A stretch of 64,000 nt of DNA from Cyanobacteria bacterium REEB446 (GCA_018970325.1 JAGWWP010000002.1:24693-88692), one strand, 5' to 3'; numbered from the stretch's first letter, positions 45,869 to 54,445 are shown. Numbers and translations: made by a program. Notes: generated by a model not told the origin, from the sequence alone.

Positions 45869-48098
45869 GATTTCTACTTTTCCAAACTTTTACAAATGAG
45901 TCTTTTATTAATTCTAATTCCTCTGGTTTTAGATTAGAATTTCGAAGCTCACCTTCATTAACTCTAGCACTGATGATCTTCGCGATTTTTTCTCTGACAT
46001 CATTTTCACTGTTAAGTTCTTTTTCACTTTTTAAGGCTGCTTCAGCAGAGTCTGCAATCATCGCAATACCAGCTTCTCTAGAATTAGGAATGGGACCAGG
46101 ATATTTAAAATCCATAATATTAATATTAGATTTTCCGTATTTCTCTAAAGCTTTCACGTAGAAATAATTAGTGACGGTAGTTCCTTGGTGCATCGGAATG
46201 AAATCTATAATGGCTTCTGGTAATTTATGTTTTTTCGCTAATTTAACGCCTTCTGGTACATGAGCGATTATTATTTCAGCTGATTTTTTAGGGTCATCTA
46301 AAGTCGTATGGGGATTAGGTTTTCCTAGATTATTCTCTATGAAGTAATCTGGATTATAGGTCTTACCAATATCATGATATAAAAGACCGACTCTGATCAG
46401 TTCTGTATTAGCCCCTATGGCGTTAGATGCTTCTTCAGCGTAGCGAGAGACATTTAGCGAATGTTCATAAGTACCAGGTGCTTCTTCTTTAAGTTTTTTG
46501 AGTAGTGATTGATTTGGATTAGATAGTTCAGATAAACGAAATGGCGTTAATAGTCTGAAGGTGAATTCTAAATATGGTAAGACTGCTAGTGCTATTAGAC
46601 CAGAGAGTATTCCACTTAAAGCATAGAGTGCTGTAATGACTAGGACTGTACTTACACTAAAGTTTTTTACAGCTATTAAGACAGAGAATAAGAATACTAA
46701 ACCCTGACAGAGAGCTATTTTAGTTCCAGCATTTGCTAAATCTTCTCTTTGGTGAGAGTGTTTTGTTAAATATATCGCGTAAATAGAGCCAGCTAAAAGA
46801 GGTAAAACTTGCCAGAAATTTAAATCAAAGCTGTACATTAGGAAAAAGTTCATTAGTAGTGAACTAAATAGAGCAAGTTTAGGTAGATAAAAGACGGTTA
46901 ATAATATCGGCACTAGAGCGATTGGAACTATAGCTAGTTTATTTATCCCCCATAAAGAAATGGCAGATATGACTGCCTGGGAGCCAAGTACTACAGTGAA
47001 TATCATGGCGAGTCGTTGGACACTGTATTTTCTCTTCTCTATTAAGAAAATATATAGGCTCATTAAGAATACGGCTATATAGACGATGCCAAGGTATTTT
47101 ATTTCTAAACTCCAGTCAGCTTCTGGTCTGAGCAGGTTTAAATTTTTCATATAGTAATAGTTTTTCTCTGAGATTTTTTTACCTTTTTCGGCTAAAACTG
47201 TTCCCATTGGCAGTTTTACGTAAATATCTGAAACCGAGGCTAGGGCTTGATTTTCCAGATCTTCTACTTTTTTCCAGTCTATTTTTATATTAGGGCTAGT
47301 AGTGTTAAGAATAATTTTTTTAGTTAAATCAAGCTCTAGCCCTCTTAAGCTTGGAAAAAGTATCTCTATATTTTTAGTGATTTTAGATTTTGGGAGACCA
47401 TTTACTATACCGATATTTAAAAGTTTTTTCTGTACGATAAAAAGCCTATAAAGGAATTCTTTTTTATCTGTGAGCTTTTGTAGGTCGAGAAAAAAATTAG
47501 CACCAAGATTCTTAATTACTTTTTTTTCATTTTTAAATTCAAGGCGGAAGCGTTCTATCTCTTTTAAAAAGTAATTTTTTTCAAAGCTACTAAGATTACT
47601 AATAGCGAGAATTATTTTTTCATAATCTGAATTGATAAATTCGCCAGCAGAGGTGTTGCCATCAAGAACTGCTTGAATTTCTTTGAATTTATGATCGTTT
47701 AATTGTACTAAAGTCATCTGCATATGAATACCTATTCTGCTTATAATCGGCATCTCGTAAGATTTCTGTCCGCTTAAGGTCGATTGTATGACTTTTACGT
47801 AAATTTTTAATTCTTCTAAACTCTTCTGTGTTGCTGTATCGTCGACTGTTAAAACCTCTTGATTATTAAGGTTGTAAATCGATTTAGTCTTAGTTTCTTC
47901 TTTAAGTTGATTGGTGGCAACTTCATCAAGAACTTTTACACCTTTTTCTAAGATTACACTTACGGGGCTTATTTCTTTTATAGAAAGTAGTGGCTTGTAC
48001 CAAGACCTGACACCGACTAGAGAGGTGAAAATTAATGAACCAAGCAGTATAATCAATACTTTGAAAAAAAGGCTAGGGAGGTTTTGTTTTAATGGCAT
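45822..48098 (-). CDS. 7TM-HD (HDIG) membrane-associated phosphohydrolase (7TM receptor with intracellular HD domain)
   Basis: 758 aa. A periplasmic N-terminal region, 7 TM helices and a C-terminal HD domain with LYHDIGK. Confidence 0.75.
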   Translation of the reverse strand: MPLKQNLPSLFFKVLIILLGSLIFTSLVGVRSWYKPLLSIKEISPVSVILEKGVKVLDEVATNQLKEETKTKSIYNLNNQEVLTVDDTATQKSLEELKIYVKVIQSTLSGQKSYEMPIISRIGIHMQMTLVQLNDHKFKEIQAVLDGNTSAGEFINSDYEKIILAISNLSSFEKNYFLKEIERFRLEFKNEKKVIKNLGANFFLDLQKLTDKKEFLYRLFIVQKKLLNIGIVNGLPKSKITKNIEILFPSLRGLELDLTKKIILNTTSPNIKIDWKKVEDLENQALASVSDIYVKLPMGTVLAEKGKKISEKNYYYMKNLNLLRPEADWSLEIKYLGIVYIAVFLMSLYIFLIEKRKYSVQRLAMIFTVVLGSQAVISAISLWGINKLAIVPIALVPILLTVFYLPKLALFSSLLMNFFLMYSFDLNFWQVLPLLAGSIYAIYLTKHSHQREDLANAGTKIALCQGLVFLFSVLIAVKNFSVSTVLVITALYALSGILSGLIALAVLPYLEFTFRLLTPFRLSELSNPNQSLLKKLKEEAPGTYEHSLNVSRYAEEASNAIGANTELIRVGLLYHDIGKTYNPDYFIENNLGKPNPHTTLDDPKKSAEIIIAHVPEGVKLAKKHKLPEAIIDFIPMHQGTTVTNYFYVKALEKYGKSNINIMDFKYPGPIPNSREAGIAMIADSAEAALKSEKELNSENDVREKIAKIISARVNEGELRNSNLKPEELELIKDSFVKVWKSRNHDRIKYPEQSKPPID

Positions 48099-48997
48099 TA
48101 ATTACAGACTCAATTCTAAATTATATTGATACTAGCCCAAAAAAGCTAATTACAATTGTCGGACCTACCTGTACTGGGAAAACTGATATAGCTATAGAGC
48201 TTGCAAAAAAATTTAAGACAGAGATTATTAATGCTGATAGTCGTTTGGTTTTTAAAGAAATGGATATAGGTACGGCGAAGCCTTCTTCTGATGAACTAAA
48301 GAGAGTAAAGCATCATTTGGTGAACCTTAAATCGATTACAGAAGCTTATTCGGCAGGTGATTATCAAAAGGATTTTGATAATGTAGTCAAAAATATATGG
48401 AAGCTAGATCCAGAAAAGAAAATTATAGTAGTGGGCGGCACTGGTCTATATATTAAAGCTGCTTTAGAAAATTTAGAAATGCCCGCAGTGAATACTAATC
48501 AAGTTTTAAGAGATGAACTGAATCAAAAATCTCTAGATGAGCTGTTACTGATGCTTAGGGAAAATGATTCAAATGCTTTAGCTTTAATAGATGTTCAGAA
48601 TAAAGTACGGGTGATTAGAGCTTTAGAGTTAGTTATTAGTACGGGACAACCTTTAAGTGAGCTCAGAACTAAAAGCCGAGAAGCTCGTTATGACTCTCTG
48701 TATATTGGTTTAGATTTTAAGAGACGGGAAGATCTCTATGATCTAATCAATACAAGGGTTTTAGGTATGATAAAAAGAGGTTTAGTTGATGAAGTTAAGG
48801 CTTTAATTAATAAATATGGCAGGGTGAAGACTATAGACAGCACTATCGGGTATAGAGAGGTCGCTGATTGCCTTTCAGGGCTTATAAGTTTAGATGAAGC
48901 TGTAAGTGAAATACAGTTAAGAACTAGAAGGTATGCGAAGAGGCAGATGACTTGGTTTCGGGCTAATCCAGAGATTCAGTGGTTTTATCGTGAATGA
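48092..48997 (+). CDS. miaA: tRNA dimethylallyltransferase
   Basis: P-loop IVGPTCTGKTDIAIELAK with a MiaA/IPP-transferase pattern. Confidence 0.85.
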   Translation: MALITDSILNYIDTSPKKLITIVGPTCTGKTDIAIELAKKFKTEIINADSRLVFKEMDIGTAKPSSDELKRVKHHLVNLKSITEAYSAGDYQKDFDNVVKNIWKLDPEKKIIVVGGTGLYIKAALENLEMPAVNTNQVLRDELNQKSLDELLLMLRENDSNALALIDVQNKVRVIRALELVISTGQPLSELRTKSREARYDSLYIGLDFKRREDLYDLINTRVLGMIKRGLVDEVKALINKYGRVKTIDSTIGYREVADCLSGLISLDEAVSEIQLRTRRYAKRQMTWFRANPEIQWFYRE

Positions 48998-49024
48998 TGA
49001 TCGGTGATTTTATTTTTTGCGTTA

Positions 49025-50602
49025 TTACGCACTTGGTATTAGTCTTTGAAAAATTTGAATATAGTAATCATCTTCGACGAAAACATAACGATTGTAAATT
49101 AAGCTTTTACCATCAGGACTCCAGTGTATGCCATTGATTGGCGCTTCTCTGCACTGTTGTAGAGCTTCAATTTCTGCGTTTTCGTCGTCTCCATTGATGT
49201 TAATTGTATTGCCATCTTGCGCGTTAACTAAATATATCTGGTTGTTAGACACTGCTGAAATATACTTATCATCAGGGCTGAGATTGAATTGTGACTGGAC
49301 AGAGTATTTGAAATTTGTTATTTGTTTAACAGGCTGATTTGTGATTGTATTTTTAGTATTTTCAGCACTGTTCACTGAGTAGATTTGAACGATACCATTA
49401 TCATCTTTCATTAGAAAATAGATATGGCTTCCATCTGCTGAGCTGCGTAGCCTAAAACGTGGTCCCTGAAGCCCAGGGTATTTCCTATCTGTAGTAAAAG
49501 TAATTCTTCTTTGTGTGAATCCTGCTGGTACATTAGGTCTGCTATTTAAACTCCCTTCTAGTGGTTTATCTGTAAGTGATTGAGTTATATCATTTGGAAT
49601 ATCTGCTATAAAAACTTCTGTAACTAAAGTCCCATCTAGTGAACGGACATTTCCTTGAAAGGCTATGGCTCGTGTCTGCTGTGAACCATTGTGAACAGTG
49701 CTATCGTCTTTCGTGTAACCGTTTTTACCCAGCCAGCACTCATCGAAAGCTCGTTCTATTTCATCACTACCGAATTTAGGATTTTCTGTAACCTCAGCTG
49801 CGACTACCGCGAAGTAAGTTCCTCTGAAATTCTCTTCAGGGCACTGCTCGCGAACTCCAATTTCTGCGTTTTCGCCCGCCTCATGATCCTCATGAATATT
49901 CTCTATCATCGTCATCACGCCGATAGTCCTCAAGTCTTTTCTTTCACTTGAAGAAGTTTTTTCTAAACATTCTATAAGGTAATCGTTATAGGTAAAGCTA
50001 ATCCACTTGCCATCAGCACTCCAAGTATGAGCATGGGTTCCACCTCTTAAAGCTCCTTTGGTAAGTGGTTCTTGAATATTCCTACCTTCCGCATGATAAC
50101 ACTGCTGCCGAACTCCAATTTCTGCGTTTTCGTTGTCCTCATGATCCTCATGTACCTTGAGTACATTGCGGTCATTCGTCCTCTTCAGCCTTGAACTTGC
50201 ACGTTTGGTAACAGTGTCATTGTAAGATGATTGCGAAACTCCAATTTCTGCGTTTTCGCCCGCCTCATGACTCCCTGAAATAATCGCCCCGAATCTTCTC
50301 GTGAAGCTATAAGGTTTTTCTTCGTCGCAATTTAAAAGACCGTGAATGAAAATGATGCTGTCATTAACAGGGTTCCAAGCTGCTGCCCCTACCCCCGGTC
50401 CATAGATACTTTGATTTTTGGTTTTATAGAGTTCAATAATTTCTTTAGTCACAATATTTAACTTACAGATACTTCCAGTGCGGCTTATGTGAGTATCATC
50501 GTTGCGAGTATCGAAGACTAGCCACTTGCCGTCTGGGGAGAATATTTGTGTGGCATTGAGAGTGTGACCGTGTTTCCCGTTTGTTAATTGTATTTCGTGC
50601 AT
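49025..50602 (-). CDS. Beta-propeller (TolB/PD40-like) hypothetical protein carrying four in-frame RPE-like insertions
   Basis: Repeated SPDGKW / SADGKW / SPDGKS blade motifs. Inserts encode HEAGENAEIGV, KRASSRLKRTNDRNVLKVHEDHEDNENAEIGVRQQC, HEDHEAGENAEIGVREQC and DDENAEIEALQQC. Confidence 0.5.
   Translation of the reverse strand: MHEIQLTNGKHGHTLNATQIFSPDGKWLVFDTRNDDTHISRTGSICKLNIVTKEIIELYKTKNQSIYGPGVGAAAWNPVNDSIIFIHGLLNCDEEKPYSFTRRFGAIISGSHEAGENAEIGVSQSSYNDTVTKRASSRLKRTNDRNVLKVHEDHEDNENAEIGVRQQCYHAEGRNIQEPLTKGALRGGTHAHTWSADGKWISFTYNDYLIECLEKTSSSERKDLRTIGVMTMIENIHEDHEAGENAEIGVREQCPEENFRGTYFAVVAAEVTENPKFGSDEIERAFDECWLGKNGYTKDDSTVHNGSQQTRAIAFQGNVRSLDGTLVTEVFIADIPNDITQSLTDKPLEGSLNSRPNVPAGFTQRRITFTTDRKYPGLQGPRFRLRSSADGSHIYFLMKDDNGIVQIYSVNSAENTKNTITNQPVKQITNFKYSVQSQFNLSPDDKYISAVSNNQIYLVNAQDGNTININGDDENAEIEALQQCREAPINGIHWSPDGKSLIYNRYVFVEDDYYIQIFQRLIPSA
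49146..49197 (-). repeat. RPE-like fragment (copy 1 in the beta-propeller gene)
   Basis: ctctgcactgttgtagagcttcaatttctgcgttttcgtcgtctccattgat. Confidence 0.6.
49841..49905 (-). repeat. RPE-like half element (copy 2 in the beta-propeller gene)
   Basis: ggcactgctcgcgaactccaatttctgcgttttcgcccgcctcatgatcctcatgaatattc. Confidence 0.65.
50099..50215 (-). repeat. Full-length RPE-like element (copy 3 in the beta-propeller gene, 117 bp)
   Basis: cactgctgccgaactccaatttctgcgttttcgttgtcctcatgatcctcatgtaccttgagtacattgcggtcattcgtcctcttcagccttgaacttgcacgtttggtaacagtg. Near-identical to 7124-7240. Confidence 0.8.
50230..50275 (-). repeat. RPE-like half element (copy 4 in the beta-propeller gene)
   Basis: ttgcgaaactccaatttctgcgttttcgcccgcctcatgactccc. 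Confidence 0.6.
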
Positions 50603-50621
50603 TGTTTTTTATAAAGTGCTG

Positions 50622-51572
50622 TCAATTTAAAATTAAAATAGTAGCGATTAAAATTAGCAGAGTGCCTGAAAATTTAAATTTATTTACAGGCTCTTTAAAA
50701 ATTAAAGCACCGATAAATAAATTAGAGACTAGGGAAACAGCTCGCTTACCAGCTTCCACTAAACCTATGTAAGAAATTTGATAAGCCATAAACTGCAAGA
50801 CCATCGCAAATGAGGCATTTATTATGCCTAGTAATAAAAACCAATAGGTGCTGGGCATTTTGTGAAACTCTTTATTTGAGGGTGATTCATTATCTTGCAG
50901 CTCTACTGCTAAGAATTTAGTGTCACCCCAAGGGCAGGTTTTAGAAAAGAAGCGAGCTATGCTAAATATAGTTCCACAGAGTAGTGCGTGATAAAGAGCA
51001 TGAGATATAGGGTTCGTAGCTTGCATCGCAAGCTTATCAAAGGGTATAGCGAAAGCCCAGAGAAGAGAAGTAATAATAACTAGGACGCAGCCCTTTTCAT
51101 GAGTGAGATCTTGGTAGAGGGTTTGAAATAATCCTAAAATAGAGTTTACTTTCTTACCCTGATAATTAATGATAAGAGAGGCTAAAACTAAAAGAATTAA
51201 TCCAGAAAATTGAATCAGGGAAAGGTTTTCCTTTAATATTAAACTACCAAATATTACCGTGAAAAAAGGCAGGAAAGAAAGGAAAGGAATGACGCTGCTG
51301 AGGGGCGAAATAGAGATGGCTTTAGTTAGCAAGAAAGTGCCTATTGAGGCGAAGCCAGCGGTCATAAGACCAGGGAAAATATATTCATGATTGTAAGTTA
51401 ATTGCTGAGAGAGATAGCCGTAGCTGAGATAAACTACTGCTTGACCAAATTCTAGGAAAATTACTAAGGGTAAGGGTTTTATTCTTTTAAGTAATATTTT
51501 ACGTACGAAATCGTAGGCGACCCAGAGGCAGCCGATAATGCCGATTAGATAGAAGGTGGTGATTGGAAGCAA
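50622..51572 (-). CDS. EamA/DMT-family transporter (10 TM)
   Basis: 316 aa with two 5-TM halves, typical of drug/metabolite-exporter duplications. Confidence 0.7.
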   Translation of the reverse strand: MLPITTFYLIGIIGCLWVAYDFVRKILLKRIKPLPLVIFLEFGQAVVYLSYGYLSQQLTYNHEYIFPGLMTAGFASIGTFLLTKAISISPLSSVIPFLSFLPFFTVIFGSLILKENLSLIQFSGLILLVLASLIINYQGKKVNSILGLFQTLYQDLTHEKGCVLVIITSLLWAFAIPFDKLAMQATNPISHALYHALLCGTIFSIARFFSKTCPWGDTKFLAVELQDNESPSNKEFHKMPSTYWFLLLGIINASFAMVLQFMAYQISYIGLVEAGKRAVSLVSNLFIGALIFKEPVNKFKFSGTLLILIATILILN

Positions 51573-51689
51573 TGCTGATTTTGTAAACTTTACTTATACA
51601 TTCTAATCCAAATTAATTTGTTTTTCTTTGAAATAAGCAGAAGCTTTTTTCGCAGGCAGTGCCTGCGGAGTTAGACTGGATTTTACATA

Positions 51690-51722
51690 TATTTTTCGGG
51701 AAAACGCAAATTGTAAATTTGC
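51690..51722 (+). promoter_or_regulatory. Upstream motif related to 9728-9760 and 17698-17730 (tatttttcgggaaaacgcaaattgtaaatttgc), 28 nt before the ATG
   Basis: It shares TATTTTT-(S)(R)GGAAAA(A)CG...TT(A/G)TAAATTT(C/G) with the other two copies, at the same position relative to the start codon. Confidence 0.35.
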
Positions 51723-51750
51723 ACGGTGAAAATATTTCATACTAAATTTC

Positions 51751-51999
51751 ATGTCTGATTTTAAGCAAGTTAATGAATTCAGAAAAGATTTAATTAAATC
51801 CCTTGCCTATTGGTGTTTTAGCCCGCTTGGAATATTAATCTTAATGTTTATTTTTGACCGCCCAGATTGCCTAAATAAAATTCAAGTAATCGATATCGCT
51901 CTTATATTGCTTTTTTCCTTACTTGGATTAGAATGTATAAGTAAGGTCTATAAAATCAGCTTAGAGATTGACAAAGAAAAACATCATGATAATTATTAG
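51751..51999 (+). CDS. Small membrane protein (82 aa); paralog of 17427-17672
   Basis: MSDFKQVNEFRKDLIKSLAYWCFSPLGILILMFIFD...LLFSLLGLECISKVYKISLEIDKEKHHDNY. Two predicted TM helices and the same architecture as the 81-aa paralog. Confidence 0.5.
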   Translation: MSDFKQVNEFRKDLIKSLAYWCFSPLGILILMFIFDRPDCLNKIQVIDIALILLFSLLGLECISKVYKISLEIDKEKHHDNY

Positions 52000-52152
52000 C
52001 CAAGAATTAGAAGAAGCGATCAAATCATCAGCCATTATCATAATGGCAATTTCAATCTATTACTCGATTCTTTACATAGTTCGAGATAGAACAGAAGAAA
52101 ATTTAAAGCATAAAAAATAAGTTAAGATCAAGCAATTTCCTAGAACTTGGCT

Positions 52153-53259
52153 TCACGCCAAACTCAAATAATATCGAGTCCCTTTTAAATTACCAGTCTT
52201 AACTAAAACTCCCATTTCGACTAATTCTTGCAAGTCTCTAGTAGCCGTAGCCCTAGAGGTTTTAGTAATAGAGATATAATTTTCTGCACTCAAGCCGCCT
52301 TTAAAACCTTGAATTCCTTCTTTGAAGATTCTACTGATAACCTTTTCCTGTCTTAGGTTTAGTCTATTTTCGTAAAGTCTGTAACACTCCCCTTTTTTTA
52401 AAGAGAATTCTATAGATTTTTGGCTTAATTCTAAAGCTTCTAACGCCGTCTTAGAGAAGTATTCTAACCAATCCGTGACTTCAAGATCTCGATTAGAGGC
52501 ATCTAACATAGCATAGTATTGCTTTCGATGCTTTTCTATCACTTGTGATAATGATATTAAGCTAGCCTCACCTAATCCTTGAGATAAAGCTTTCTCTGCA
52601 AGAGCTCTAGCTATTCGTCCATTACCATCATCAAATGGATGTATGCAAACGAAATAGAGATGAGCTAGTCCAGCTCTAGTTAAGGTTTTCAAAGCATGCT
52701 TGTTATTCGGTTTTGAATTATTAAACCACTGAATAAAGTTTTTCATTTCAGTTTCTAAAGTTTCTGATGGAGGTGCTTCAAAATGTATTTTAGGTCTGTA
52801 TACTGAACCTGAAATAACTTGCATCGGCTCTGTATCCTTTCTAAATGATCTAGTTTTGATTTTAGAATTTATACCATCAAGAATTAAAGAATTCCACTTA
52901 CCAAGGCTTTTTTTAGAGATGGGGTGTGAAAAATTATCATATAGATCTAGCATCATTTCGGCAAGTCCAGCTTCGGCATTGGGGATTTTTTTCATATCTG
53001 TAACTGAAATACCGAAATTTCTTTTAATAGACGACTGTATACTCTCTCTATTTAAAAACTCTCCTTCAATTAAAGATGTTCTGTAAGCTTCTTCGCAGAT
53101 TATATCTATCTTTAAATCTATTTTCTCTTCATTCTGAATATGTTTTAAGGTGCCTAGGAAAATACCGGACTTATGTAGAAATTCATCTTCGTACTTCTCT
53201 AGCAGACTTGTATCATACTTAAAATCAGGCCAATCTTTTTTCTGCCAGTTCCATTTCAT
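52153..53259 (-). CDS. fic: Fic-family protein (AMPylator-type, class II with intramolecular inhibitory motif)
   Basis: Canonical Fic motif HPFDDGNGRIARAL, plus an N-terminal TSLIEG matching the (S/T)xxxE(G/N) inhibitory-helix motif. Confidence 0.85.
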   Translation of the reverse strand: MKWNWQKKDWPDFKYDTSLLEKYEDEFLHKSGIFLGTLKHIQNEEKIDLKIDIICEEAYRTSLIEGEFLNRESIQSSIKRNFGISVTDMKKIPNAEAGLAEMMLDLYDNFSHPISKKSLGKWNSLILDGINSKIKTRSFRKDTEPMQVISGSVYRPKIHFEAPPSETLETEMKNFIQWFNNSKPNNKHALKTLTRAGLAHLYFVCIHPFDDGNGRIARALAEKALSQGLGEASLISLSQVIEKHRKQYYAMLDASNRDLEVTDWLEYFSKTALEALELSQKSIEFSLKKGECYRLYENRLNLRQEKVISRIFKEGIQGFKGGLSAENYISITKTSRATATRDLQELVEMGVLVKTGNLKGTRYYLSLA

Positions 53260-53341
53260 GAGTTATAAATTACTACCTTATAGCTCATATTATGCCTCTT
53301 TTTGAGGAATAATATTTAAGTTTATAACTCAGCCTCTTTCA

Positions 53342-53387
53342 AAACAAAAAGTCCCTTAATTTTACTCAAGGGACTTTTTGTTTTAAT
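53342..53387. terminator. Rho-independent terminator downstream of gap
   Basis: aaacaaaaagtccctt aattttactc aagggactttttgtttt forms a 13-bp stem with T/A-rich flanks in both orientations. Confidence 0.6.
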
Positions 53388-53416
53388 TGAAGTTTTTAGA
53401 AATAGCTCTATAAAAA

Positions 53417-54445
53417 CTATACAGCCACTGGCAGCTTATTACCAACCAATACAGCTAAATCACACAATCTGTTAGAGTAACCGTATTCGTTATCGTACCA
53501 AGAAAGGATTTTTACTTGTTTCTCAGCTACAACCATAGTCATATCACCATCAATAATAGATGAGTGTGCATCGCCTTTAAAATCGATAGATACCAGAGGC
53601 TCATCTGTGTAGTCAAGAATACCTTTAAGGTTAGTTTGAGCAGCTTTTTTTAATACAGCATTTACTTCTTCTTTAGTAACTGATTTTTCTAAAGTGAAAA
53701 CTACGTCTACTACAGATACATTAGGAGTCGGAACTCTCATCGCATAGCCATTTAATTTACCAGCTAAATGAGGAAGCACTAAACCAATAGCCTTCGCTGC
53801 ACCAGTAGTAGTAGGGATCATAGACACACCCGCTGCTCTAGATCTTCTTGGATCTGAGTGAGCGTTATCTAATAGTTTTTGATCTGAAGTATAAGCATGA
53901 ATAGTAGTCATCATGCCATTTAGAACTTTAAAATTATCATCTATAACTTTAGTGAAAGGTGCTAGACAGTTAGTAGTACAGCTAGCATTAGAGATGATGT
54001 GGTGTTTAGATGGATCGTATTTATCCTCATTAACTCCAAGAACTATAGTGATATCTTCATTTTTAGCTGGAGCAGAGATAAGAACTTTTTTAGCACCACC
54101 AGCTAAATGTGTTTTAGCCTTTTCTGCATCAGTGAATACACCAGAGCATTCTAGGACTATATCTACACCGTGATTAGCCCAGTTAAGAGCAGCTAAGTCT
54201 TTCTCTTTTAAGAATTTAGTAGTTTTACCATTTACAGTAATAGAATTTTCATCAGCAGTTACCTCACCATTAAATCTGCCAAGAGTACTATCAAACTTAA
54301 TCAAATGTGCAGAAGCTTCTGGAGGAGAAAACGGATCATTAATAACGAGCACGTCTATTTGATCAACAAAATTTTCATTCAGAACACGAAAAACATTTCT
54401 TCCAATACGTCCGAAACCATTAATACCAACTTTAACTTTAGTCAT
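53417..54445 (-). CDS. gap: Glyceraldehyde-3-phosphate dehydrogenase (type I)
   Basis: MTKVKVGINGFGRIGR ... SNASCTTNCLAP (catalytic Cys). The track ORF extends to 54529, but the GapA-like N-terminus begins at the internal Met. Confidence 0.85.
   Translation of the reverse strand: MTKVKVGINGFGRIGRNVFRVLNENFVDQIDVLVINDPFSPPEASAHLIKFDSTLGRFNGEVTADENSITVNGKTTKFLKEKDLAALNWANHGVDIVLECSGVFTDAEKAKTHLAGGAKKVLISAPAKNEDITIVLGVNEDKYDPSKHHIISNASCTTNCLAPFTKVIDDNFKVLNGMMTTIHAYTSDQKLLDNAHSDPRRSRAAGVSMIPTTTGAAKAIGLVLPHLAGKLNGYAMRVPTPNVSVVDVVFTLEKSVTKEEVNAVLKKAAQTNLKGILDYTDEPLVSIDFKGDAHSSIIDGDMTMVVAEKQVKILSWYDNEYGYSNRLCDLAVLVGNKLPVAV

Noticed and set aside
2083-50275. Considered whether the recurring repeats could be a CRISPR array or CRISPR remnants
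   Set aside because: Copies are scattered over 48 kb rather than regularly spaced, and sit inside coding sequences. They are long (60-120 bp) with terminal inverted repeats, and have no uniform spacers or adjacent cas genes. This behaviour is MITE/RPE-like, not CRISPR.
51986-52120. 44-codon ORF (MIIISQELEEAIKSSAIIIMAISIYYSILYIVRDRTEENLKHKK) overlapping the end of the 82-aa membrane protein gene
   Set aside because: It is very short, overlaps in a different frame, and has no obvious RBS. It could be real but the evidence is insufficient, so it is mentioned only as context.
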